Shown piece after piece: positions 27,068-40,800 of a stretch of 64,000 bases of DNA. How positions within the stretch are numbered: position 1 is the first letter of the stretch; the number at the start of each line of letters is the position of its first letter. The stretch is from Eledone cirrhosa (lineage: Eukaryota). Under the pieces are notes generated by a model. The model did not search any database, was not told where the DNA came from, and saw only the letters and a list, made by a program, of their open reading frames with translations. The translations under genes were made by a program, and so were the position numbers. The stretch lies in assembly GCA_964016885.1 (NCBI GenBank), contig OZ024743.1, forward strand, positions 286,316,001 through 286,380,000, written 5' to 3'.

Positions 27068-27517
27068 CACATATATATACAGGTACACATACATATATGC
27101 ACGCATCAGTTTAGCCGACGTTTATTATAACGCCTGCTTTTTTCGTTTGTTTGTCAACAAATCGAACAGCCTGAATTTATGCCATACGGTGTTAAGGCAA
27201 CCACGTCACCTTTTTGTTCAACACTGACACAGGAACGATGTACTAGTTTCAAGCTTGTTAGCTATCATCAGCACCGTTTACCCATCTGCCAGATAGTTGA
27301 ACGTTCGAAAGTATATACTTTCCTTATGAAAATTAACGGCTGAGCAGCCTAATTTGCATATTGAGTGAGTTAAATCGGTCAGGCATACCGAAAACGATAA
27401 GTTGAAAAAAATGAAAACGAAATTTCATTTCTCACTCTTAGTATGGCACTTACTTAAATGTAAGTATGCATGCATACGTACATACATATATGTATACAGA
27501 CGTACAGTAGCACGCAT

Positions 27518-27548
<31 letters not shown>

Positions 27549-28010
27549 CACATATATATACACATATGCATACAGGTACACATACATATATGCACGCATC
27601 AGTTTAGCCGACGTTTATTATAACGCCTGCTTTTTTCGTTTGTTTGTCAACAAATCGAACAGCCTGAATTTATGCCATACGGTGTTAAGGCAACCACGTC
27701 ACCTTTTTGTTCAACACTGACACAGGAACGATGTACTAGTTTCAAGCTTGTTAGCTATCATCAGCACCGTTTACCCATCTGCCAGATAGTTGAACGTTCG
27801 AAAGTATATACTTTCCTTATGAAAATTAACGGCTGAGCAGCCTAATTTGCATATTGAGTGAGTTAAATCGGTCAGGCATACCGAAAACGATAAGTTGAAA
27901 AAAATGAAAACGAAATTTCATTTCTCACTCTTAGTATGGCACTTACTTAAATGAAAGTATGCATGCATACGTACATACATATATGTATACAGACGTACAG
28001 TAGCACGCAT

Positions 28011-28041
<31 letters not shown>

Positions 28042-28503
28042 CACATATATATACACATATGCATACAGGTACACATACATATATGCACGCATCAGTTTAG
28101 CCGACGTTTATTATAACGCCTGCTTTTTTCGTTTGTTTGTCAACAAATCGAACAGCCTGAATTTATGCCATACGGTGTTAAGGCAACCACGTCACCTTTT
28201 TGTTCAACACTGACACAGGAACGATGTACTAGTTTCAAGCTTGTTAGCTATCATCAGCACCGTTTACCCATCTGCCAGATAGTTGAACGTTCGAAAGTAT
28301 ATACTTTCCTTATGAAAATTAACGGCTGAGCAGCCTAATTTGCATATTGAGTGAGTTAAATCGGTCAGGCATACCGAAAACGATAAGTTGAAAAAAATGA
28401 AAACGAAATTTCATTTCTCACTCTTAGTATGGCACTTACTTAAATGTAAGTATGCATGCATACGTACATACATATATGTATACAGACGTACAGTAGCACG
28501 CAT

Positions 28504-28534
<31 letters not shown>

Positions 28535-28994
28535 CACATATATATACACATATGCATACAGGTACACATACATATATGCACGCATCAGTTTAGCCGACGT
28601 TTATTATAACGCCTGCTTTTTTCGTTTGTTTGTCAACAAATCGAACAGCCTGAATTTATGCCATACGGTGTTAAGGCAACCACGTCACCTTTTTGTTCAA
28701 CACTGACACAGGAACGATGTACTAGTTTCAAGCTTGTTAGCTATCATCAGCACCGTTTACCCATCTGCCAGATAGTTGAACGTTCGAAAGTATATACTTT
28801 CCTTATGAAAATTAACGGCTGAGCAGCCTAATTTGCATATTGAGTGAGTTAAATCGGTCAGGCATACCGAAAACGATAAGTTGAAAAAAATGAAAACGAA
28901 ATTTCATTTCTCACTCTTAGTATGGCACTTACTTAAATGTAAGTATGCATGCATACGTACATACATATATGTATACAGACGTACAGTAGCACGC

Positions 28995-29025
<31 letters not shown>

Positions 29026-29491
29026 CACACACATATATATACACATATGCATACAGGTACACATACATATATGCACGCATCAGTTTAGCCGACGTTTATT
29101 ATAACGCCTGCTTTTTTCGTTTGTTTGTCAACAAATCGAACAGCCTGAATTTATGCCATACGGTGTTAAGGCAACCACGTCACCTTTTTGTTCAACACTG
29201 ACACAGGAACGATGTACTAGTTTCAAGCTTGTTAGCTATCATCAGCACCGTTTACCCATCTGCCAGATAGTTGAACGTTCGAAAGTATATACTTTCCTTA
29301 TGAAAATTAACGGCTGAGCAGCCTAATTTGCATATTGAGTGAGTTAAATCGGTCAGGCATACCGAAAACGATAAGTTGAAAAAAATGAAAACGAAATTTC
29401 ATTTCTCACTCTTAGTATGGCACTTACTTAAATGTAAGTATGCATGCATACGTACATACATATATGTATACAGACGTACAGTAGCACGCAT

Positions 29492-29522
<31 letters not shown>

Positions 29523-29984
29523 CACATATATATACACATATGCATACAGGTACACATACATATATGCACGCATCAGTTTAGCCGACGTTTATTATAACGC
29601 CTGCTTTTTTCGTTTGTTTGTCAACAAATCGAACAGCCTGAATTTATGCCATACGGTGTTAAGGCAACCACGTCACCTTTTTGTTCAACACTGACACAGG
29701 AACGATGTACTAGTTTCAAGCTTGTTAGCTATCATCAGCACCGTTTACCCATCTGCCAGATAGTTGAACGTTCGAAAGTATATACTTTCCTTATGAAAAT
29801 TAACGGCTGAGCAGCCTAATTTGCATATTGAGTGAGTTAAATCGGTCAGGCATACCGAAAACGATAAGTTGAAAAAAATGAAAACGAAATTTCATTTCTC
29901 ACTCTTAGTATGGCACTTACTTAAATGTAAGTATGCATGCATACGTACATACATATATGTATACAGACGTACAGTAGCACGCAT

Positions 29985-30015
<31 letters not shown>

Positions 30016-30477
30016 CACATATATATACACATATGCATACAGGTACACATACATATATGCACGCATCAGTTTAGCCGACGTTTATTATAACGCCTGCTTT
30101 TTTCGTTTGTTTGTCAACAAATCGAACAGCCTGAATTTATGCCATACGGTGTTAAGGCAACCACGTCACCTTTTTGTTCAACACTGACACAGGAACGATG
30201 TACTAGTTTCAAGCTTGTTAGCTATCATCAGCACCGTTTACCCATCTGCCAGATAGTTGAACGTTCGAAAGTATATACTTTCCTTATGAAAATTAACGGC
30301 TGAGCAGCCTAATTTGCATATTGAGTGAGTTAAATCGGTCAGGCATACCGAAAACGATAAGTTGAAAAAAATGAAAACGAAATTTCATTTCTCACTCTTA
30401 GTATGGCACTTACTTAAATGTAAGTATGCATGCATACGTACATACATATATGTATACAGACGTACAGTAGCACGCAT

Positions 30478-30508
<31 letters not shown>

Positions 30509-30970
30509 CACATATATATACACATATGCATACAGGTACACATACATATATGCACGCATCAGTTTAGCCGACGTTTATTATAACGCCTGCTTTTTTCGTT
30601 TGTTTGTCAACAAATCGAACAGCCTGAATTTATGCCATACGGTGTTAAGGCAACCACGTCACCTTTTTGTTCAACACTGACACAGGAACGATGTACTAGT
30701 TTCAAGCTTGTTAGCTATCATCAGCACCGTTTACCCATCTGCCAGATAGTTGAACGTTCGAAAGTATATACTTTCCTTATGAAAATTAACGGCTGAGCAG
30801 CCTAATTTGCATATTGAGTGAGTTAAATCGGTCAGGCATACCGAAAACGATAAGTTGAAAAAAATGAAAACGAAATTTCATTTCTCACTCTTAGTATGGC
30901 ACTTACTTAAATGTAAGTATGCATGCATACGTACATACATATATGTATACAGACGTACAGTAGCACGCAT

Positions 30971-31001
<31 letters not shown>

Positions 31002-31193
31002 CACATATATATACACATATGCATACAGGTACACATACATATATCACGCATCAGTTTAGCCGACGTTTATTATAACGCCTGCTTTTTTCGTTTGTTTGTC
31101 AACAAATCGAACAGCCTGAATTTATGCCATACGGTGTTAAGGCAACCACGTATATATATATATATAAATTGGAATAAATGCTCTGAAATAGCG

Positions 31194-31474
31194 ATATATA
31201 TGTGAATATAGACATAGAATATTCGAAAATATTCTGTATGTTTATAATAAACATTTTGAAGACCTAATCGCTATAGAATAGAATACGTCACGTATTACAA
31301 TTAGATTCTCGATAAAAGCAAGAATGAAACGCGTAGATTACTTCCCTTGCTTTTATCGAGAATCTAATTGTAATACGTGACGTATTCTATTCTATAGCGA
31401 TTAGGTCTTCAAAATGTTTATTATAAACATACAGAATATTTTCGAATATTCTATGTCTATATTCACATATATAT
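31194..31474. repeat. Perfect ~129-bp inverted repeat; loop holds a hammerhead 3' half
   Basis: Arms 31194-31322 and 31346-31474; loop AATGAAACGCGTAGATTACTTCC contains GAAAC-GC-GTA. Confidence 0.92.
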
Positions 31475-31562
31475 ATATATATAGGTAAGTTATTCCGGGT
31501 TGAATCGGAGGTAACCACAGTAAGTAAGGTACTCAATACATAGCAGAGTATAAAAGTTTCAA

Positions 31563-31683
31563 TATAGATGAGATTCTACAGGAACTGATTCTACTAGAAC
31601 TGTTTCATTCTTTAGAAATGAGATTCCTGATGATTTCTAAAGAACGAATGAAACAGTTCTAGTCCTGTAGAATCTCATCTATA
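31563..31683. repeat. Imperfect fold-back carrying a rearranged hammerhead
   Basis: TATAGATGAGATTCTACAGGA...TCCTGTAGAATCTCATCTATA; CTGATGA-T-TTC...GAA-T-GAAAC in the right arm. Confidence 0.75.
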
Positions 31684-31692
31684 TATATATAT

Positions 31693-32280
31693 ATTAGAAT
31701 TGGTGCTCTGAAATAGCGATATATATATGAATGTATATATAGTGTATTTTGCAATACACTGTATGCTTAATTAAAAGCATTTGAAGACCTTACGCTATTG
31801 TTTTAGAGTAGTGACAGTCTCACTTTAAATTTTCAGCAAACAGGGGGAGATAAAGCTGACAGAGCTCTGTTTCGTACTATTTGGTACTTATCAAAGCTAA
31901 GTACTCCACCTGTTTGCTGAAAATCATGAATGTTTGATTCTTATCGAATTCTAGTAATAATCAGGAACTGATTATACAGAGCGGTTGCCGGTCAAGCAGA
32001 AATTGAAAATTAGAATTGGTGCTCTGAAATAGCGATATATATATGAATGTATATATAGTGTAGTTTGCAATACACTGTATGCTTAATTAAAAGCATTTTG
32101 AAGACCTTACGCTATTGTTTTAGAGTAGTGACAGTCTCACTTACTTTAAATTTTCAGCTGAAATTTAAAGTAAGTGAGACTGTCACTACTCTAAAACAAT
32201 AGCGTAACGTCTTCAAAATGCTTTTAATTAAGCATACAGTGTATTGCAAACTACACTATATATACATTCATATATATATA
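31693..32280 (-). mobile_element. 316-bp-period mini-element (about 1.5 tandem units) ending in a fold-back, with a mutated hammerhead
   Basis: ATTAGAATTGGTGCTC at 31693 and 32009; palindrome centred at 32157/32158; minus strand AGCT-TTGATAA-GTAC..GTAC-GAAA-CAGAGCTCTG-TC-AGCT at 31854-31898. Confidence 0.75.
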
Positions 32281-33836
32281 TATGTATGTATATATATATA
32301 TATATATGTATATATACAAATGTGAGGTATCAAAACATCAAATATGTTTGATTTTTTGTGCTTCCTAATAAAAAAAATCTGAATGTCCAGAGTTATAATA
32401 ATAATTTAAAAGTAAAAGATATATTTATATATATGTATATATATAGAGAGAGAAAGGACCATATATCCAATAGAATATACAATATATTGTATATATACAA
32501 AGCACATATTTCAAAGAAAAATATGTACTCCAGATGGAAACAATAACATTCCCTATAACCCTATTTCATGCCTTGTAAACCGCAACCTAAAATCGATCTA
32601 TGTAATCGATCATCGGTCAGGAACTATCAATTTTGGTTTAGTAAAGGGAGACGCAAGACAATAACCAGGGGGATCATCTTTTGCATTATATGAAATAAAA
32701 TAGAGTTGTAAAAAGAGTATATGATACAATATACCTGTTTATATCCAGAGGGAAATTCAACGTTTTAGCTTGGTGTGAGTTCGTTGAATATTTAATATCC
32801 TCTCCGCACTTTCAAACATATTTACATACATAAGTGTGTACGTATATATAAATTTCCCCTTTTTTAATGGAATGCCGTTTTCACAACAACAGCGTCTACT
32901 CCCTCGTTAGAGGCAAAGAGAGGATCCTTTGTTAAAGAATTCTCTTTTTATCAATTGATCTTATTCTCTTATTCTGTTCTGTTGCATAGTTCTTCAGCAA
33001 ATTGGAAATTCTTTCCAATTGGCCAACGAACAATGCCGTAATAACTGCTTACATCGGGAAACTCCGAGTACCCAGAATGGTATATGCCAGTTTGCCATGC
33101 ATTTTACGCAATATAATATATTTACCTCTATGTCTGCATATTGATGGCTCATTCTTTACTGATTACAATTCAAGACTAAGGCGAATATATGTGGCGAATC
33201 TATGTAGCGAATCTATGCAGAAAGATTTGAATTTTTGTTCTTCGGTTAGCTAAATAAATCATTGCGACCATACAGGCTGACCCTTTGGCCTCATAGATAA
33301 ACGTACTGTAACCAACGAATTTGATTTCTTTTGTTTTGGGACAGTTGTCGCCAAATTGTCTTGAGGAATAGTTTTCTAGAGGCCATCTGCTTATTGTCAA
33401 GAATAAAAGGCCCTTCAAAAATAATATCATAGATCACCACGATGTAGTTTGTCAACAGACTCACGTCGACCCGTTGGGTCACGGCCCTTTTCGGCCAGCG
33501 AACTAAGATAGTCACACATCCGTTCGATATCAACAAAAGTTAGTTCCATATAATTTTTAAACTACTATTATAAGCATCCATGCCAAACCACCATACAAAA
33601 TTAATACACAATTATATTGTCACTCTTTGTTGTTTTTCCTGTTATCACAATACCTTTGAAGCAAGTTATTCATTAATAAAATTATCAAAATAGCGACTCT
33701 TGTTATCTTTCATTCACCACTGACAATAGAAACCATAAATCTCGACTCAGTGAGACATACACATATCTGCCACACAACAATGAACAAACTGATCAACCTA
33801 CTAAGTCACATATACAATTTACACATTTAATCAACT

Positions 33837-34463
<627 letters not shown>

Positions 34464-35069
34464 TATATCAAGGGCGCTGCCCCAGCATGGCCTCAGCCGG
34501 ATGGCTGGAACAGGTAAAAGAATAAACGAGTAAATATGATCAATCATCATAGGTGCGTGATTAATTAATTTTCCAGTCGCGTAGATTCGTGTTCAATTTC
34601 ACTGGGTGGCAACTTGAACAAGGGTTTTCTATTATGACCTGTGAGTGAAATTTACTCGACGAAAAATATTCAAAAGCCTGCCGTACGCAAAAAGCCCTTC
34701 TCACCAGCCGACAGCTAGAGGTTCTCTCGGTTTCGCTTCTTTAAGATCGATACCACTAGTTCCATTGCACACAGGACAAATGGACGTAGGACAGGACGAT
34801 TGGTCTTTCGACTCTTTACAAATAAATAAAATTTACTACAAACCAATGTGCTGCAACTGGAAAGAAGAGATTGAGACAAAGCCTAACATATTGTATTAGC
34901 CAAGAAAAGAAAGTATGAATAGAAGGCAAAGTGAGAAAAAATTGTTCGTTTCGACGTAAGTCTTATATAGACAGACATATCGAGCAGAGAGAGAGAGAGC
35001 AAAAGATAGGAGAGAACAAAGAACGAAAGCGGTATAAAGTTTGAATGCATATATAAATGTACACACAAA

Positions 35070-35134
<65 letters not shown>

Positions 35135-35143
35135 ATATATATA

Positions 35144-35457
35144 TATTATAAAATAACAGGAGTCTGGACTGGTGTAATTCCTTAAAGGTTTATTATACTA
35201 TGAACATTTCAATGACCGGTTTTAGTATAAATCCGGTGACATAATCAAGTATTCGAAATTTAACAAAGGAATATAATAGACACAATCCATGGGGCTGAAA
35301 AGGCAGAGAGATGGATTGTATCTATTATATTCCTTTGTTACATTTCGAATACCTGATGATGTCACCGGATTCATACTGAACCCGGTCATTGAAATGTTCA
35401 TAGTATAATAAAGCTTTAAGGAATTACACCAGTCCAGACTCCTGTTATTTTATAATA
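35144..35457. repeat. ~147-bp-arm inverted repeat with degenerate hammerhead copies
   Basis: Arms 35144-35290 and 35311-35457 with scattered mismatches; CTGATGA at 35353-35359 and GAACCCGGTC at 35378-35387. Confidence 0.85.
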
Positions 35458-35600
35458 ATTAACTCCGTACTCGCACCACGAACAACACAAACGAAGACAG
35501 GTGAGTTGCATTACGTCGAGTGCTCTCTCTAATATTACACTAAGGTTGACTATACGGAATGACCAGTTCTATCCAGTGGTGAACCAACAAACCTAAATGT

Positions 35601-35733
<133 letters not shown>

Positions 35734-35781
35734 TATTCAAAATATTAATAAATGAAGACGTTCACATAATCAAAATATATG

Positions 35782-35843
35782 TTTTATTATATATATTTCG
35801 GAGGTACTGTGCTGTTTTTTCAGTACGTCCTCATCAGATAAAA
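35782..35843 (-). ncRNA. Type I hammerhead ribozyme with canonical core
   Basis: Minus strand: TTTTAT-CTGATGA-GGA-C-GTACTG(11 nt)CAGTAC-C-TCC-GAAA-TATATA-TA^ATAAAA; G-C closes stem II; palindromic stem III. Confidence 0.82.
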
Positions 35844-36101
35844 TACATAAATTGATGTACCACATACCTCAACTGTCTTGATGGTTTAATTTCAGTCTTG
35901 GCAGTGATTTATTACAACAAAACTCTATGTTTATATACCACAAGAAGGAATAACATGACAAACTAAATATGATGAAGAGAGGGATGTGGAGTGAGATATA
36001 AGTATCAAGAGGGGGTGGGTATGAGAAAATATAGAATAAATAAATAAACACATAAGTACATAAATGTTAAAATATTTAAATATTCATGTTAGAGAAGAAG
36101 C

Positions 36102-36166
<65 letters not shown>

Positions 36167-36766
36167 AAATAGAAGAGAGAAGGGAAAGAAAAATATGAAG
36201 ATAAAAAGGAGGGAGAGGGAGATAAAAGAGAGGATGGAATACATAACTGCAACAGGAAAGAAAAAAAGAAAGAAAGAAAGAAGAAAGGGACATGATGCGT
36301 GACAGTTTTTCATATATTAAGTCAGGTAGAAGCGACTAATTAAATACCGTTAAAATTATTACTATCTTTTGTATTTGGTTATGTTTGAGCGAAATTATAC
36401 TAATATATTAAATCAAAATTAAACAATATGAAATATTTTCACTGATAATCAGAAGTATAGTTAAATTTATAAATATATTCAATATTTTGTTACAAACTTC
36501 AAAATCAGAAACATTTAACCTACAAATAAAGTTTACAAATATAGTAAATATGTATGAGTATATTTATCATAACTTAATCACATATCACCATCTGTATATG
36601 CATTTTATATAATCTTTAGAATTATTAACATTATAAACATTACAAACAGTTTAAATCAATAGTTGTCAATTACATATAGGATTAATTAATAGTTATATAT
36701 ACTCTTGAAAGTATTATTATTTCGAATCAACCCAATCCTACTACATGCAACAGTATAAATTATGTT

Positions 36767-36945
36767 CAGTATCGGCAGAGGGTCTGACGCCATGCTTTGT
36801 AGCAAAGAGTTACGGCCCTTTATGATCTGAGTTCAAATCCCGCTGAGGTTAACTTTGCTTTTCATCCTTACGGGGTCGATAAAATAAAGTACCAGTAATA
36901 CACTGAGATAATTGCTGGCCTTGTGCCAAAAATAGAAACAATTAT
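36767..36945 (+). mobile_element. tRNA-derived SINE
   Basis: Reverse complement of the 15178/15391 family; B box GAGTTCAAATCCC. Confidence 0.8.
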
Positions 36946-37260
36946 TAATCCATTATTAATTGAATAATATTAATAACTCCAGAAAACTTCTTTGTTGACT
37001 GCTTTGACTGAATATTGTAAAACTATATTCATTGAATAATCAATGAACCTTATTAACATTTGATTATATATATATATATGTACTGTTGTACATCCGAAAT
37101 ATGTATAATAAAATGTAATTGATCAAAAGAACATCTATTTTATTAATATTTATATTCTAATAATAACTCCGGAAAATTATTTTTCGTAGAGTGCTTCCAA
37201 TCTACTGTAAAACTCATTCTTTGATATACTCAGTGAATTTTGTTTAACTCTTCAATATAC

Positions 37261-37294
<34 letters not shown>

Positions 37295-37302
37295 TAGAGA
37301 GC

Positions 37303-37396
<94 letters not shown>

Positions 37397-37787
37397 ATAT
37401 ATGTATGTATATATACTATATGTTCAAGTAAGTTACAAGTTATTACTTGTCTATTCGTTAACTACACATCCTTCAATAAGAATAATCTCTTTAAAGTTCA
37501 CAGTTTGGCCTACTACTATTTAACACCATTTCTTCACTCATACCTCTCTCCCGTTACATATTCTCTTTTCCTTTATTCAATTTGTCGCCTTGCATCTTTG
37601 TCTTCTCTTTCTCCTCTTCACATATTTTCACCTTTTTTCTTCTCTTAGTTCTCTCGTTAAATACTCTCTTTAACCACCCCTTTATCTCTCTCTCCCACCC
37701 TCTCTCTCCTCTCTCTCTCTATGCACACACACACATGCGCGCACACGCATACACACACAGACACACACACAGACACACACACAGACA

Positions 37788-37872
<85 letters not shown>

Positions 37873-37885
37873 GAATGTAAATATA

Positions 37886-40800
37886 CTTGGGGAGGGTCAT
37901 ATTGTTGTAATAATATTGCCAGAATTAATAACAGAACACACTCACTGTTTGGTTGGTTTTCGCTTCTGTGTCTTTTATATCGGTTAATTTAATTTATTCG
38001 CTCCTCAATGTTACCATTGACTGACCAACGGTCAAACATACAGATACAATATAGACACAAACACATATATATATAGTCTAACAAAGTTCTTTCGTTGCAC
38101 ATTTGCAACATCGTCAGTGGTGCTATTATGTTTCCTCCTGTTGTATTGAATGCCTACGCCATCTTTATTTAGTTTGTTTATTTATTTATTTATTTATTTA
38201 TTGTCTTCTCTGCGCATGCGTTTGCGTGTGTGTATAGTGTTTGATGTGTGTTCGTGTTTGGGTGACTGTGTATTCGTTATTGTATTCTATCTTAGTTTAC
38301 TAGTGTGTGTTTATATGTGTTTGTTGTTATTGTGCTTGTGTATGTATTTATTTATTTATTTATTTATACTTCTCTTAGGTCAGTATTGTTTGTTTGGGTG
38401 TTGTTGTTATTCTATTCATTTTTTATGTTTAGCCTTGGCCTTCTAAGCTCTATTTCGCTGGCCTCTCTGATTTGCCTATCTGCTGGGTCATTTCTATGTT
38501 TAGATATTATTCTAATTTCTATGTTGTCTATGTTACAGTCGTGTTGTTATCTGGCATGTTCTTATAGTACTGAACCGTTTTTTCGTCCTTTTAGTTCCCC
38601 CCAGTGTTGGTCTATCCGTTCACCTATGCTACGAGCTGTCTCACCTATGTATGTTGTTGTCATGTTTCTGCAAGTACCCTCTGTACATCTTATGCTATAG
38701 ACTACGTTTCTAGTTTTACAGTTTATCCGGGGGTTTACTTTACATATGATACATTTCCTATTGGTACAGTGGGTTTTCTTAAAAGGGTAGGTTTTGCTGA
38801 TCAGGGATTTTATGGTGGTTCCTGGCTTTTCTACCACCTTAATCTTTAAGTGGGTCTTTCTCAGGGCCTTTCTACACTGGTTAGCTAATTTCCCTCCAGG
38901 GGTAGCGTCCACAAACATGACACTCTGGTATCTCTGGTTGTCGTACCATGAGGTGGCTTTCCCTATCTTATGTCTAGTCCTATCTAAGCTATTCCATAAT
39001 TTGCTCCTGTATAATGGGCAAATTCCTTTCATGTCCAGTTCTATGAGGGTCTTATACTTCTCCGTGGCTCCTTCGTATACTCTGATTCTGTCTCTTTGGT
39101 TGTAGCCAGAGAACTGCATGCAGTTGATGAAGTGTTGGATGTGTCTTTCCATTTCTGTTGGGTCGCACATGCGGGACACGTTCTTCATCACTCGTACCAA
39201 GTCTGCGATCAGAATATTAAACTTAGCACTACTGGACATTGCTGAGTTTTTGAGTATCAGGTATTTGGAGGCCATGGGTTTAGCATAGTGTGAGTGGAGA
39301 ATTTGGGCTCTCTCGTCTATAGTGTTAATCCAGAGTTCCGTGTCTAATACAGGTAGTCTATTGTTAGGGTGTTTGGAAGGGTAGTCGATAGTTAGTTATA
39401 CTCTGGTGTATGGAATTAGCTATCTGCTGGATGTTTTCCATTGTGCTACGTTCTAAATCAAACTTGTTAGTACTCTCTTGTGGGGATGTCCTTATTACTA
39501 TATTGATGTCGTCTACGTAACGAGAGTACATGATGAGGTCTATGGAGCTCTCATCAAGGAGATCTTTGAGTCTCCTTTCCCACCATACCATAAAAAGGTT
39601 GGCAACGTCACCAGCTATGCTGACGCCAATGGCTGCTCCCTCATTTTGGGTGTAGATCTTCTCGTTGAATTTGAATATGTGGCCCTTTAGGGTAGTTTTG
39701 ATACTAGCCGCTATTGCATGTGCGACCATTTTTCTTACCTGATCATTGTTTTGGGGGTCCGTATAGCTTTGGTCCACCCAATCTACCTTCCCATGAGAGT
39801 TTTTTTTGCCATTGAGGTTATGGTGGGGGGTCTACCTCTTATGGGTCTACTGGGGCAGAAACGTCTAAGGTCATGGCTGTCTAGGTAGTCAGTGTCGTAG
39901 GTACTCTAAGTAGGAGGCCCAGTTCGTCTGTGTCGACGTCGCAGAACTCCACCTCACTCTCAATGATCATCTCCACACATCTTTCCACAGCAAAATCAAT
40001 GTTAATGGATGGGTACAGTGATACCACACCCATACTGCCTATTATGCAGTTGGATAGGTTGCTGTTTTTGTTGCACTCACTGATTCTGCTGAGGAGGTCC
40101 TCTGTATTGTCACATACATCTGGGGACATCTTGATTATGGGGCGTATAACCATTGAGAGGAAGTAGGAGATCCTGTAGTTGCTAGCTATATTTTCTCCGC
40201 ATACGGGTCTTGTTGGTGGTCCTGTTGTTGGGTCGTCGACTGTCTTATGGTCTTTGCGGAGCCCATACAAGGGGGTATGCCATTGTTAGACGCCTGGAAG
40301 TTGTTGGCAGTGCGTCTGTTTGACTTTAGGATGTCGGTCCACATCATCATGTGAGTGATGAGGATTTTCTCTCTCCCATCATGTATTTGCTGTGCAATTT
40401 CGCTCGTGTTGGTGATGTGGGGTTGCATAGCCTTGATGTAGTTCGGCATGCTGTCTATTGACATCCTACCAGACTTATCCGTGGGTTATACTACCTCACC
40501 ATCCCTTGTGCGCTGCTTGAGGCTAACCAAGCCTTCTACAGGTTTCCTCCCAAGTTGTTGGACCTCTGGTCTGCTTTGTCTCTTAGTATACCGGTCTACT
40601 ATTTGTCTAATCTTATTTCTAGCTATGTTGAACTGTACCTCTGTCTCGTCATCTATTTGTTGTGGTATACAAACCCTTTTATTAAAGGGTAACCTCGTAG
40701 GATAGATATTACCCATCTTATATGTTTTGTCAGCTGGATTGAAGTCTAAACAGAAAAAATGAATAGAATAACAACAACACCCAAACAAACAATACTGACC

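Larger units (their letters stand above)
21997..31151 (-). repeat. Tandem array of 18 full + 1 partial ~493-bp hammerhead-containing units (retrozyme-like)
   Basis: Unit marks at 22002, 22495, 22988, 23481, 23962, 24456 ... 30362, 30855 (periods 493, with 481/494/495 variants); near-identical copies; (TA)n on both flanks. Confidence 0.97.

Noticed and set aside
21997-31151. CRISPR array or rRNA/snRNA/tRNA gene cluster
   Set aside because: There are no unique spacers or cas genes, the context is eukaryotic, and I see no 5S, U snRNA, spliced-leader or tRNA sequence in the unit.
22002-31205. Repeated 73-aa ORF ([10 protein letters not shown]...) as a tandem gene family
   Set aside because: It runs through (TA)/(CA) microsatellite, starts at TTG, is broken or frameshifted in several units and is not kept in the sister copy.
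32900-33540. Possible host exon
   Set aside because: Only short ORFs with no recognisable domain or convincing splice context.
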